From Klebsormidium nitens (Eukaryota; Plantae; Klebsormidiophyceae), in NCBI GenBank assembly GCA_000708835.1, contig DF237166.1, positions 62,001-126,000 on the forward strand: a DNA stretch of 64,000 nt. Direction: 5' to 3'. Under the pieces are notes generated by a model. That model did not search any database. It was not told where the DNA came from and saw only the letters and a program-made list of their open reading frames with translations. Shown here in pieces: positions 11,761 to 24,871 of the stretch. Position 1 is the first letter of the stretch; every line of letters starts with the position of its first letter. Both the position numbers and the translations under genes were made by a program.

Positions 11761-14700
11761 TTTGTGGGGTGCAGAGCCCGCTGAACAAAGATCAGAATGT
11801 GGAACCGCCAGCTTGAAGAGAGGCCAAGACACCACTGCACACAAATGCATTCTGGTGTTGAGAAACTAGATCGATATAGTCAGATATGCCAAGCAACTCG
11901 AAGCATCCTCTCATGGATCTTGATCCACACCCTTCTCAGAAAGTTGCAAGAAAGTCAGAGGTAAGACAAGGGGATCATCACACCATAATGGGCGAGCACC
12001 TTCCTTGCTCACACCTGCAAATGCACGGCAGAGCTCCCACTAGCATTGGTCCTCACCTGTGAAAGTCAACAATGAGCTCAATGAGCTCAACCAGACCAAT
12101 GCTGTCTGGCGCCGCCCCAAACACCGTGCAACTCGACCTTTACCGCAACTCGCACACTACCAGCTGACTCACTTCCAACAACTTGTGAAGCGCTTTGCTG
12201 CAATGCTGTCACTTGTTCCCTCCGTCTCTGCTAGACAACGCAGCACCACCGCAAAGTTTTGACAAGGAAACCTTTGATCTGAACGAGCTGCGAAGTGTCG
12301 TAGCCTTCCAAGTTGTTCTCGAATGCTGCACCCTCGGCGCTCTTTTTGCGCGCAGGGGGACTGCTCGATTGAACCAAGGCGATCATCCCCCCGACCCGAA
12401 TGTTAATGGAGTGCATGCAGTCTGGATGGCTGAACAACCGAGGGCCTAGGGTACGAGGCTAGCTGCATGATCACTGCATCGGTACATGCGTACCTACTCC
12501 GGGTGCCCCTTCATGGACCGGACCTCGTACAGCTGGGCAATCACCCCGTGTGTCGAGCCACCAGCCCAAACCCGGGACGGTTTCGAATCGAAACGCGTCA
12601 GAGTTTTTGAAGTCTGGTTCATGAACGACGATAATCCAGCAGGTGTGCGGCGTTCGACATTCCGCAATCTCCGAAGATCTTGCCAATCAATTCGAGCGGG
12701 AAATCGAACTCGACGGTTGGAGGAACTCAGAAAGTCAACATCACCTGTGACGCCACGCGTTTAAAATCCGTAGTCTCATTTTACGCGCTTTTTACCTCGG
12801 GAATCTCAAGCGCTTTTTCAGGCGTTCGCTTCGGGTGCCTGTGCACCGTAGGCAATTTGGGGTCGAGTTTTCAAATCCCCGAGAATGCCTGTGACGTGAA
12901 ATCCGCAACCTGGCTGGGACCCGCGTGGAACTCCCCACCTGTTTCGATGCACTGACAGTTTTCTGAATTTCGGTTGGGCTCCAACTTCCAAAGTTCCAAC
13001 CGTATCGGTGACGAATCATCCGAACCGTCAGATTGGATACGAAGCCAATCTTACGGTGTTATCGACATGGAGTTCACGTGTTCACTGCGGGGGCCGTAAC
13101 TGCCTCAGCATTGCGTGGCCATCTGTGATTGGATGTCTGCCTCCGAGTTTAACGAACTATTGCTTTGCAAAGAACACGAGAGCACACGTGGAAGCAGTAC
13201 AAAGGCGTGCATGCGCAACCGGGGGCTCCGGCTCACTTGATCCGATCAGCACCGACCCGTACCTATCTACCGTACTGGATGCCGGAGCTCGGTGGGTGCC
13301 TTGACGGTACAAACCTCTCCAGAGTCCAGGGAGAATGTACCTACGGTATGTAACTTGAGTAGGACGGGAACCACCGTGCTACAGTACCTACCTACGAGGG
13401 CAGACCCGGAGCCCGTGTGGAGCTACCGGCTGGACAAAGTGTCCCGGTGAATAATTCTAGAGCTCGGTACAGCCCTCCCATGCAGATTGGCATGCGTTCT
13501 TTCGTACGGTGTACCTGTTGCCGATCGCTTCAAGTTGAGTACCTATACCGTAGGTACATAATATGAACCTACAGTGCTCAAACTAGTGGGTACCTGCATA
13601 CCGATACTACCTACGGTACTAGGCAGGTCCTACTACCTAGACGTGCCTAATAAGGGTACGGTTACTACGGTACCAAGTAGTTTGCGGAGTTATACGGTCG
13701 AACCTATGCCATATCTCACCGTTTACCCACTACGGTAGACAGTAGGAACCTAAGGAGTACCGGTCATTCTTAACAAAAATTTCCCTCTAATTAAAAGAAG
13801 GTTATTGACAACTTTCACGCAAATTTGTGTCCAGGAAACGGCTAATTTTGCAAGGTACCGCAAAAAAAACGGTAGGTACCCGCCAACGTACTTATCTACT
13901 GAGGTCGTGATGATGGAGAGAGTGGAAAGTGTACTTCGTAGCACGCTGCAGCCTGCCGGCATGGGCCGCAGGACTGCATGACAATCAGATGGATACGGTG
14001 TACCTTCCGTCTTGATGCCAACAGCACTCTGCTTCAGATGTTGTGTGTGAAATTACTTTTGCAGCTTATATTTGTGCGCGCGTGGAGATGGCCAAATCCA
14101 TCGACGGCTTGGAATGGTGACTAGGTCACGTTGTTGGGCCCGGTTAGCGGGGGCGTTTCCATTGTTGGTCAGCTCTGCCAGTCCACGTGTCATGCAAATA
14201 TGCTCCCAGGCTGATGCATGCATGAGGACAAATAGCTTATCCGGGCCTGATCCTGCCACGCTGGCAGCTGGCAGGCGATCGGGTGCTGCTGCGGAATATC
14301 AGAAGGATCGGTTCAAGATGGCGTCCTGATCCCGGCGGATACGTTGCCGAAAGCTTGCAGGCCCAGTCGCTGTTCAGGAAGACTGACCGACTCACTCCGA
14401 AAAGAATGTGGTTCATGGAACCGGGGACTTCAACATCAGTTGACGTCGAGCATTTTGAACCGACCCGTGAACCACTTTGATATGACAGGTGTCCTCTCCG
14501 AGCCCATCTTCTGCTACGTGGCAACCTTCGAGAACGTGATGTTCGCACCCATAGCTAAAGAGTCATAAGCACATGCTAGATGCCAATGAGATGTTCATAA
14601 GGTATGTATGATTTTGAACAAGTGGCACCATCCGATCGGTACTCAATTTCGTGGCGGCATTCCTGTCCGTAGGATGGTTCGCGCCCAGCTTGTAGAATTT

Positions 14701-14871
14701 ATAGGCACTTGACGGCCATGACGCATACGCTGGAAGACGGCGACCTACTCCTTTCAATGACGATGCACGAAGCAGACTTTGTTTAGCTCTACGCTTGCTC
14801 AGCAATCCACAACCAAACAGCGCTTCTACTTTGACAACCAGGATTCCTTAGAACTGAAGTCGAGTTGTACA

Positions 14872-16966
14872 ATGGCTTCCTTGCAGGCAGTGTCTGTTCG
14901 GTCCTCCATCTCTACTTGTTCACTTATAGGGCGGGACCACACTTTGCGGCAGGGGCAATGCTCCACAGTGTCTTACCCTCTTTTGAGGAGCTCGTTCTGC
15001 TCCACAAACACGAGTCGCACTGTGAATAAGGGCTCTTATTCTTCATTTGCTGGGACCCGATTCTCGGGAGAGCCCTTGGGATTGGTGAAAGCCCTTAGCC
15101 CAAGGAGAAGGCAATGCAATGTACGAGCAAGGTAGGGCATGGGCGCGCATGTCTACAACGAGCTGGACCTGAACATTTCATCATGTTGCTATCCTTGTTG
15201 CAGTATACGCTTTCATTGTTAGTCGTGACATTGACAGATACTTGGTCAATTCTTTGGAGCGCAGAATATAAGCCGCATGTTCTTTGAGCAGCATTGCTCA
15301 AACTTTGCTTGGATTTTTGCCTGGTTAGGTACCAACATCTTAATGGTAGATTGAAGCTGCTTTGATCAGAGTCAGGATGAAAGCCTATCTGAAGTCATAA
15401 GTTCTATCGTTGTACTGTAGCCCTAAATATACTCCCAGTCAAATGCGGTTTTGTCTGTAGCACTGGAAAGCACCCACTGCATGTGGCTACAGCAATCCGC
15501 AAAATGGTGACTTTGGATTTTCTTTGGTGCTGCAGTGAAGGCAGGCAAGCTGCCCGGGATGTAGAGAAGAAGTCAAAGAACATATTTGAAAATATTGTTG
15601 ACTTCTTCAAGTACATGTAAGCCTACCAACCACTTGCTTTGGGTCACATTGGAGATTGTTGTTGATTTTACCTCAATTACCGATGGGCTCTTGTACGCAG
15701 CATTGAATGCAGCCAAAAAGCGTGTTTCAGGATCTCATCCACACGATGAAACAGTGACCTCTGTTGTCTTGTCATAGTTCTGCATCTGGCTCAGATTTAG
15801 CTCCTTTGACTGTTTGGTTCTGGATGCAGCAATCAAATGGAGTTTTGAAAGCAGACTCTAAGAAGAGGAAGCAGCCAAGGACTCTGCACTGCGTTGTTAC
15901 AGGCCTGATTCAATCTGTCGCTTTCTCTGCAGTATCAACAGCATTCTTGGATTTTTCTCGAGCATCTTGGGAGGCATCTCCCGTCTGTTCAGAGGCAAGG
16001 AGGGCAGTGCCAAGGCCAATCTGAGAAGTAAGTGCCTTTGCCTGTCACACTGCTTGTTCCCTCCCATCTTAAAAGTATTGCATCCCCAGCTTTCAGAACC
16101 GAAATCTCTTTGTCTACTTCGCCAACAAGCAGCATTTCTTCTCTATATGCCTGACTCCTTGTGAGAGAAAAACAAAGAGACCTCAAAAGGACCTTCTGGT
16201 AGGCATCTCCATAGTGTAAGTTCTGCTGCACTCTTGCGGAATCAGCATTGCACATCAACCGAGTAGAGGATATGTAATCCATATTCCAACTGTAAGGTAA
16301 AGCGCAGAGACTGGTACCAGCTGCTGCAGCCTGGCCGTACAAACTGTTTTGATGTGAATCTGGTTGCTGGTTGGTTGGTCCTTTTGCTAGTCTATGATGG
16401 GCGAGCTGACTTTGTCTAATGCTCTGATTTTTTGACTTTCATTGAAGTTGCGAATTGTTGACACTCTGGAATTCTGATAATTGTGCCCATCTGATTTCAG
16501 ATGCTGGTGACAAGGTGGAGGGCGCTGGCAGAGATGTAGGCAATGCTGCTGAAGATGCCGTTGACGCTCTGGTAAGACAAGAGAGTGATGTCCAACGTGC
16601 CACTTCTGCATTTAAAAGTCATTAGATTATTTGAGTTTGATATATTGATTGTAGGAGCAAAAGTCGAAAATGATCATTAAATTTGGAAGGAGCAAATCGA
16701 AGTTTGGCAATGGCACCAATCTGTTGTTGGTGAAGTCCAATCCATCTTCTTTGAGAGTCTCGGGCTCTGTCTTGATGCACTCTCACATGTTCTTCAGGAT
16801 CTGAGCGCTGCAATAGGCGCCTTGATTTGATGCCCATTGAGCCAGTTGTGGCACAGGCTGACATGAACGCTGCGCTTTTTTCTCTCAGGGAGACAAGGGC
16901 AAGGACTTCAAGAGAGGTATCTCGGACGGTCTTGATGATGCTTCTTCAAGGTTGAAGCGCGCTTAA
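14872..16966 (+). CDS. Small protein of unknown function with probable plastid transit peptide and a hydrophilic LEA/CsbD-like C-terminus
   Basis: Five phase-consistent exons: 14872-15131, 15536-15610, 15933-16027, 16501-16571, 16889-16966. N-terminus MASLQAVSV.. is Ser-rich and ends in NVRA; C-terminus reads AGDKVEGAGRDVGNAAEDAVDALGDKGKDFKRG. The LEA-like label comes from composition only. Confidence 0.7.
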
Positions 16967-18435
16967 GAGGTGAGATACTCGCTTTTCAACATATAAGAGC
17001 CTACAGCATGATAATACAACGCTAGTGTTGCTGACCATCACCTTTGCAGTTTCTGCCAACATCACGTGATGGAGTAGTCCAGCAATTGGAGTGCAACTGT
17101 CATGCCCAACCTTGAGCATCGAATCTAATTTTAACATGCTGAGTGGTGGTCCGATAGCTGAAATTTTCCCCCACTTCTTGGCAGGTGGTTGTTGAGCAGC
17201 GGTCAGCCTATCTCTTGTTTGTTGTCCAATCGAAGTCAAGGGTTTACGATGTCATTTAAACGGTAGAAAATTGACTCTTTCAGACAAAGCACTGCCTTTG
17301 AAAATGTTAGGAAACCCTGTACGTAGCTTAGAAGCAACTGAAAGCACCTCGGTGCCTCGTAGATTTGTCTAGAAGGGTATTGTCTGTAGGCTTAGCATGC
17401 TGCGATTTGCTTGTGGACGCTATTGTGTCTTATACATAGACATGTTTGGAGACATAAGATCTCTTCCCTTTCGACAACCAAAGGCTTGGAAGTGCATGCA
17501 ATGCATCTAAGTGAATCTCAAATCAAACGCGCAGTGGAAAGAATATATCCAGCCTGTTGCTGTATTTGCCCTTGATTAAACCTACCAGCAATTTGTGTAC
17601 AAAATGCAAGCCAGGGCTCCTTCCGTAAGTATGTCAGTAAGCATCCCTGACATTTATTGACGAGAACTTAGCTTGCACTATGTAGTGCCAAATCCGACTT
17701 CGAGCACATTGAATCAGTCGTAACGGTAGTACGACTGAAGGGTTATCATGTTGCGTGCGCAGTCCATCATAGGTACGTTGCCATAACGTTGCATCACGAT
17801 TCACATCCTTATTATACAATGACATATACTAGTCGAAAATGATCGTCGCACATCATTTACTGCTGAGGGTGGCAATATCACTCAAACAAACCAGAGTCCC
17901 GGTCAAACCGTCGAAACAAGCGGCCACAATAAACAAAATGCATATCGAGTATTCACCGCGATTATAAGTTTTTGCATGTTTGTAACTGATGTACTTGAGC
18001 ACATGTTCGAGTAGCTTGCAATGCCTCAGAGTCCTCTATAGGACATCGGGCAAGATAGTAAACGACCAATTCCAAAGTTGGAGGATCGATATTGGTAATT
18101 AAGCTGTAAGATTCTTCTTGAACAGCCAAAACGTTCATAGCAGAGAGCAGCGGCACCATCGAACTTCCACTAATTGGAGTATGCAAGCATTGAGTACTTG
18201 AGGATGTCCGAGCCCATCAGAAACGAGATCAATGTAGTGTCAGGTCAGCTCAAATCTATCCCTTAAGCCGAGGTGCAGGGTACATGCATGGCATTACACA
18301 GATTATTGCCATGAGAGCCCCCGATTGTCGGAAGCGTGTGCGTTACACTTCCGAGCGCTGTATACTCTCAAGCTACTGCAGAGTAGCAAACGACAAATTC
18401 AACACCTCAGGATCTTCTCCCCGTTCATATGTATC

Positions 18436-21400
18436 TTACGCTCCCGGCACCCTTGTTCTATGTATACGTATGCCAAGGTACTCGCACGTGCCGTGAATAG
18501 CCACGTGGGGCTTTTTTACGGTGATTGTCAAGTCGTCGACCTTCGAATACCTTCCTAGGATGACGTCAGCAATGCTCTGCGCTACGGTCTCGAGAAGCAA
18601 CCGGGGCGGCCCCTCCACGATATCCCTCACGTCCCTGATGGTCAGGGCAAGCAACGCGGGTCGGTCAAGAGGGCGGGAGCCAGCACAAAAGCAGAAAAGT
18701 GACCTGTAAGTTTGCATCCGAGGAAAACAGAAATGGCATTGATGCCCTTTCGGACGTCCAAACCTGGGCAAGGGGTTCTTTCTGATTCCCGGAAATATGT
18801 CAGAATGGAGTGCAAGCACCGGAAAACATGCAGAAACAAATGGCCAAACCTACCGGTAGCTTACGGCATAACTAACGGGATCTTCAATGCCGTCAAGTCT
18901 ACGAGCAGCATCCATATAAGCGCTGTATTAGATTTGAACGATAGTGGACGCCCGAAAAACGGCTCGGACGACTCCAACAGGGGCAATCCTGAGACCAATT
19001 CAACTAGCGTTTCTCAAAGTGCCAACTTACAGGCGAGCTCTACGAAGCTAACCGGACGCTTTCAGTAAGGTATCACCCCCTCTGATAATGTACAAAGACC
19101 CACCGTGGTAGATCGCCGCATGAAGGACGGTCCTCGCTTGTTTTTCCAAATCGACACTCAGAATATAGTGAGACATCACAAAATGGCCACATATTTAGAC
19201 ATCAGAAAACGGCCAAGAAGGGTAGACATGGGCGTCGGAAAGTACAAAGAAAGGACAGACTCGCCGACAGACTGGTGAAGTAACCGTCTCCAAGGTCGTC
19301 CATCTTAGTTGCTCAGGTAAAACCTCCCAAGGTGGATGAAAACGAACGCTGCCAATCGGTCAAAATTTGGACGTCCGAAGTTACACAAAGACTCCACTTA
19401 GATTCACTTGTTTGGTCACAGCGTCCGTCGTACCTATTCAGGCGGCGCCAGACATCCCACGACACCGATGTCCGACTCGGACGTCCGGAATCTCATAAGC
19501 AATCTGCCTTAAACCACCACCCGACCGGTACATATGCGCCAGCAGTGCTGGCCGTTTTCATAATTTGAACTTCTCGACCGGAGTTCAAGTTTCCTTATGG
19601 GGCGCCACATTTTTGACACCCGCAAATGGGCTCTTTGCATGCTTAGAGCACGCTTCGATCATGTTTTCCGGAGGTCGTGCCAAGCTCGGTCGCTACAAAG
19701 GGGCCTTGTAGGAAGGCGCCATACTTTTCAGCCCTAAAAACCCTCAAGAATAGCTCCTATAAGCTGAGGACAGCTTTTCAGGGCCTACAGGCCTTGTTTT
19801 TGGCCGTTTGAAGAGCCGGGAAAGGGAGCGCGTCTCAACGGGGCCTGTTCCAGGCGAGCAAGCTTGACACCGTCGGATTTGGTGAAGGTTTGATGCAGCT
19901 ATCGCCGGGAAAAGACGCCACTTTGAGTGTTCAAAAACATGCGCCCCATGAGTCACCGTTTGAATTGCCCGATCTCGATGACCGTTGGCAAGTTATGCCA
20001 CGTCAGCATCGAAATTGCCCGGTTTTATAGGTTGGGTGGTGGTGGTGGTGGTGGTGGAGCTCAAATCGTTGAACTCAGACGTCCGAAGTTATACTGATGA
20101 TGGGCTTCGACTCACTGGTAGACTGCCGCGTAGTTGACTGTGTCAGCCAGGTCGTCCGTCCGGCCCGCGCGCGCGAGGTCCGCCGAGGCCTCGATGTCGA
20201 CCACGAACTTCTGACCCAGCCGGCGCTCCTCCTCGAGCACGCCGTGATACCCGTGGAAAACAAGGCCTTTCAGCAGGATCGTGTCGCGCCTGAAAAGACG
20301 GAGAACAGCGGAATGAGACGGGCGGCGACAGACACTACCGGGAAGCAACTTGTGCCAGAGCGCCGTGGAATACAAGGCCTTTCAGCAGGATTGTGTCGCG
20401 CCTGAAAAAACGATAACAACAAAAGTTGAGGGGGTTTGATTGGGGGAGATGGGAGAGTCATCCGAGAGCGCGCCGTGGTAGCCGTGGAAAACAAGGCCTT
20501 TCAGCAGGATCGTGACGCGCCTAAGGAGACGGGAACGGTAGACCGAAGTTAGGAATGTTGATGACATCTTAATTTTGTTGACGGGCGGAGACGGGGTTTC
20601 AAGTCAAGGGATTGGTCCAAGCACATCCTGGTAGCTGAGGAAAACAAGGCCTTTCAGCTGGTTGTATCGCGGCTGGAGAGACAAGAAATGCTGAAATGCT
20701 TAGAGAGGGTGACAGAACAAAACAAGGCCTGTCAGCAGGATCGTGTCGCGCCTGGAGAGACGGGAACAGCGGACCGATGTTTACATTGCTGACCGGCGGA
20801 GACGGATTTCGAGATTGGTCCCGAGCATACTCTAAAACACGTGGAAAGCGAGGCCTTTTGACAGGATGGTGTTGCGCCTCGAGAGACGGCAGGATTCGGG
20901 AACAAGTTAGGAGGTTGAAGGGCGAAGGCGGGAATTTCGGTTCGAAAAATGGTGCCGAGAACGCCGTGGTAACCAAGACAAACAAAACCTTTCAGCAGGA
21001 AGACAGAAAAGAAGAAACTTTGATTGCGTTTGACGGGCAAAGGCGGAAGATACGTTTTGAAAGATTGGCGCCATTCAGCAGACTCTTTAAAATGTAGCGC
21101 GCCAAAGAGATGGATAGAAAGGAGATTTTCGTGAGGTTTGAAAGCGAAGACGGGAGACACGTTCGAGAAGACGGTGCCATGCAGCAGACTCTTGTAAAGC
21201 AAAGACTTTCTAAAGAAACGAAAGGGGCGAATTCTGGGAAAACTTCGTTTAACAAAGACGGGGGTTACGCTCACACGGGCGGTGCTATTGACAAAATCTT
21301 GGTCGAAGATGATGGGAAGATGCACGGAAAAAGGCGCTTCGAAGTGGTCCTTGTCAGCGTACGGTAAAGGCAAATCTCAAAGCGGAACCATGTCGCGGAG

Positions 21401-22336
21401 CCTGCTAGCAAGAAGGTGAAGTTGTTCCACGCTTATAGCGGAACCTGTTGGCGTGAGATCTGCCGCCGACGATGTTTTCTCTTCTTAGAGAAGCCACCTT
21501 CGTTCGAGAAAGCGAGCGGCAAGAGACTCGCACCAGGAAAGTCGGGAGGGTAACGAAAATGCACGGCAAGGCGAAGAGAGCTGGAGGCTTCGGTTGAAGA
21601 CTAGGACGGAAAGGGGTGACAACACTTTGCAGCTGGGAAGGGGTGCATAGACAGCGAATTACATTACGAAGCCGCCCTAGGTTGAAAGTAAAACGGCGAA
21701 CGGTGCAATTTAAGCGGATATGTGGTGATAGAAGAGGATTGTAAAATGGAATGCCCGGCAAAAAGGCGACAGCCCGGCGTTTCGTGTGTGTTGATAAGTT
21801 GCCTAGAGCAAAAAAGCGAAGGCAGCATGGGAAGCAGCCCTGGCAAAGAAATATTCGGGGCGGCTTCCATGTTGGAGACAGAGACGGTGCCATGAAGACA
21901 GGTTGCTCCTGTCCCTTCAAATGCTGCAAAGTCTGAGAGCACCTCGCGCCTGCGACAACTTCGCAAGGGCTTCAAAGGACACTGGGTATGTTCTGAGATG
22001 ATGAAGGGTAGCCAGTCAAGGAAGCACGAACCAGAAAGGGGTAAGAAGGTGGCAGCTCATTGTGAACTTACATCGTGCGTGATCTGAAAATCCAAGGTTG
22101 AGCCTTGAACTCTGAAGTAGCCAAGCATCAACTAACAAATGACTTTGATCAGCGATGCATGGTTTGTTGGGAAAGCTTGCATTTATGAGTCATGCCTTGA
22201 GATGCTAAAATCCTCTGGGTTGAAGACAAGTCAATTTAACACATGCATAGCTTACATTTGCTCACCGCCAGCCATGCCCCCCCCATGCTTCCACCGGACC
22301 TGAGGTCTTTCGACCGCTGTTCGGTGCGCAAAGCAT
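18436..22336 (-). CDS. folB: Dihydroneopterin aldolase (FolB); first exon uncertain
   Basis: Exons 20116-20289 (RDTILLKGLVFHGYHGVLEEERRLGQKFVVD..DDLADTVNYAAVY) and 18436-18634 (IVEGPPRLLLETVAQSIA..TVKKPHVAI) join in phase and match FolB. A putative upstream exon 22266-22359 (ATG at 22336) is phase-compatible but less certain. Confidence 0.9.
20034..20057. repeat. (GGT)n microsatellite in the FolB intron
   Basis: About 8 GGT units. Confidence 0.8.
20372..21005 (-). repeat. Array of degenerate copies of the FolB exon acceptor plus exon start
   Basis: Plus-strand motif aaaacaaggcctttcagcaggatcgtgtcgcgcctg (real at about 20257-20292) recurs near 20372, 20487, 20640, 20720, 20848 and 20980; period about 80-150 bp. 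Confidence 0.9.
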
Positions 22337-24871
22337 GACGGCACTGCCGCGGAAGGACGCTGCAGGAGTGGGGAAAGTACTGATGTGAGGCAGTGACCTT
22401 GGGGGGGCAAACCCTCGGAAGCTAGTCTTGAAGACTTCTCAATTCGAAGCCAACGAGCAAGACCAGAACAGGCTGAAGGAAGAGATAAGAACGTCCAGTT
22501 TCAGGGGCTTGGAGCTCCAGTAAGGAAGAGAAGGAATGAAGAGTCGCCAAACGGGTTCACCTTCCACTTTCGCAGAGTAGGCTTTTCGGTCAGTGCTGCT
22601 ATTCTAAGACGATAAGAAACGACTTGGCATCAAGGCATCGTTGTGTCTGACAGGCTAACGGATAATATTGACAGTCTCTGAGACCATGAGCCAATCAGAT
22701 GTCGCCCGCATAGGGGCTGCTTACCAGCAAGTGGGCCCATTGCAAGGGAAAAGTGCGGGCTAGACTCTGCTTTCCGCACTGCGTGTGTACAGACCTGGTG
22801 TTTTCATGGCCACTAAAGAGAGATGAGGGGTGAAGCGGCTGACTCTGATTGTCTGGCCCTGTGGGCAGACTGCAGCCATGAATAGAAGTTGGAAGCAGGT
22901 GAGTGTTCCAATCCAGCTTGTATTGGCAGTATGCCATGCATCTTTTGATCTTGCGCTGCAATCTGAGTGGTGGTACGTGCTCAATCTCAGCTCAACTCAA
23001 GAGGGACTCTCTATATGGAGCGGCGAACGGGTGAGGAACACGTGAATGTCTTGTGCAGGGCAACAAAGCACCGCTCGGCTCTCAGACAAGACATTGTACC
23101 GTAAGCCACCACTCTGAGTGCAGCCTGATCCTCAGCTGTCAAGGACCCCTGCCGTGTGCTCAACGCATAGTAGGTCAAGTTGCCCCCTTGCCAAGCTTGC
23201 ACATGAGAAAACAATTGATGCAACTTTGAGACTGCTGAAAAGGGCTTCCACTTCAGAGATGCATTTCTACGATCAGATATGTGAAGGTAGTGCATCTACC
23301 AAGTGGGTTAGGATGTGAAGCGTTATCTTTGCAAGGAAGGGCAGGCTGGTCTGGCGCACCAACACCGCCGGAGCCATAACTTGGTAAGTAGGCAGGAGAT
23401 GACCCGTGTTCCCACAGAGATGCATTTTTGGCTGGTCTGTACAAGTTTCTCTTTATGACGCCAATGCAGTTTGGTTTCCTTCAACCCAATCTTTGCCTCC
23501 TTTGTCTTGAAGACGCTTGGTTGCGGCTCTGAAATACTCCTGAGAGCCAGCTTAGGATGGCTCTGCTTAGATAGACTCAGATTCTAGTCAACTGCTGGAG
23601 CAATCTGGAGCGACGCACCTCTTTCTGGAGCCAAGCGTGGGGAGGGATATCGATTTCCAATGCCGGAGGTCTAAGATCTTTGCCAACCGCACAGGCTTGC
23701 AAGCCGCCATGAAAAGTGCCGCCATGTCTCAGTCAAGCGCCTTGTGTCAAAAGTGGCCCCATACTCCTTCACAGACTTCCTGAAGGTTACTTATTCCTAT
23801 GTCACTGTGTATCCAAGCGTTTTCTCCAGCGGTTATTTAGTAGACTTCACATCCCTATGACGGCTCCAGAACGAACGCCACAGGAGCCCAAGTGGTGGTA
23901 TGCGACTAAACTCACTGACTTTCTCAGCGCACGAGCAATGCTGCTTGGGAATTGCTGGTGGGACGAGAGAAGCAGCAAAAGTTTCTCTGAGACTCGCAAC
24001 GGCGGCGCTCAATCAGCACTTCGCTTTGCGGAGTGGATCAGCCCAGCTGGCTAAACATGGTCTTGTTGAAACACACTTACTGCGCCCATCAGACAACTGA
24101 GTGGCAGCTGGTAGAGGCCAGGAGACTCTTGACAGCTCTCTCAATCGCATTATAATTGATTTAGGAACCTGCAGAAAGGAGGGACCAAATGATCACAACA
24201 TGCAACATGCAGGAACACTGACCACGCACATTCACTGAATTTCAGTTGTAAACCGCAGCCTCAGGAGTCAGGGCCAAAGCCAAACCATGTGATTCCTGTG
24301 TCTCTCCACGTAAGCAACTCGACGCCGTCCGATAAGCTGTTTCTTGCATATCTACGGTTCGGATCCACTCAACCAAACCCTGATGGACCGAGCGTCTTGC
24401 TGACGTAGTGCCGCAGCACTCAGGAAGCTTGTCATCAAGCATATGGAAGCTTCAGAGGGCGTCATAAATGAACGAGGCGCCCTTCTTTCTCCACAATCTG
24501 GTCTCTATGGCAGCTAAGCTTTGCTCAAGAGTCAAGATCGCCCTTGGCTACCGGAAGCCGTTGGCTACCTGAAGCCGTTGTTTCTTCCAGCTAGCTTCTT
24601 TGGAATCCGCAAATGCAGCTTTCTAAAGGTACTTTGGGCTTCTTTTGACAAGCACTTCGTATTGCTGATTTCACAACTCAGCCCCCGCAGCTCTCATCGC
24701 ATTTGCGGGACCGCTAAATGCAGAACGCCCTCTTACACCTTTGATCTCCGTTAAACATCTAATCGTGCAGCAGCCCTCTTCTTTCTGCGCTGTCAGCCAC
24801 AGGAAGAAAAGATCAGCATTTGGACTGGCCAACCCCAACCCGCGCAACTACTCTCGCCTCAGCATTGCCTA

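Noticed and set aside
18748-19381. Inverted ttcggacgtccaaa motifs in the FolB intron, with a related copy near 20077
   Set aside because: Only about 14 bp, built around a palindromic core, with no TSD; insufficient for a transposon call.
20732-21373. 213-aa minus-strand ORF inside the FolB intron
   Set aside because: F/L/S/P-rich translation of pyrimidine-rich intron and echo copies; no domain signal.
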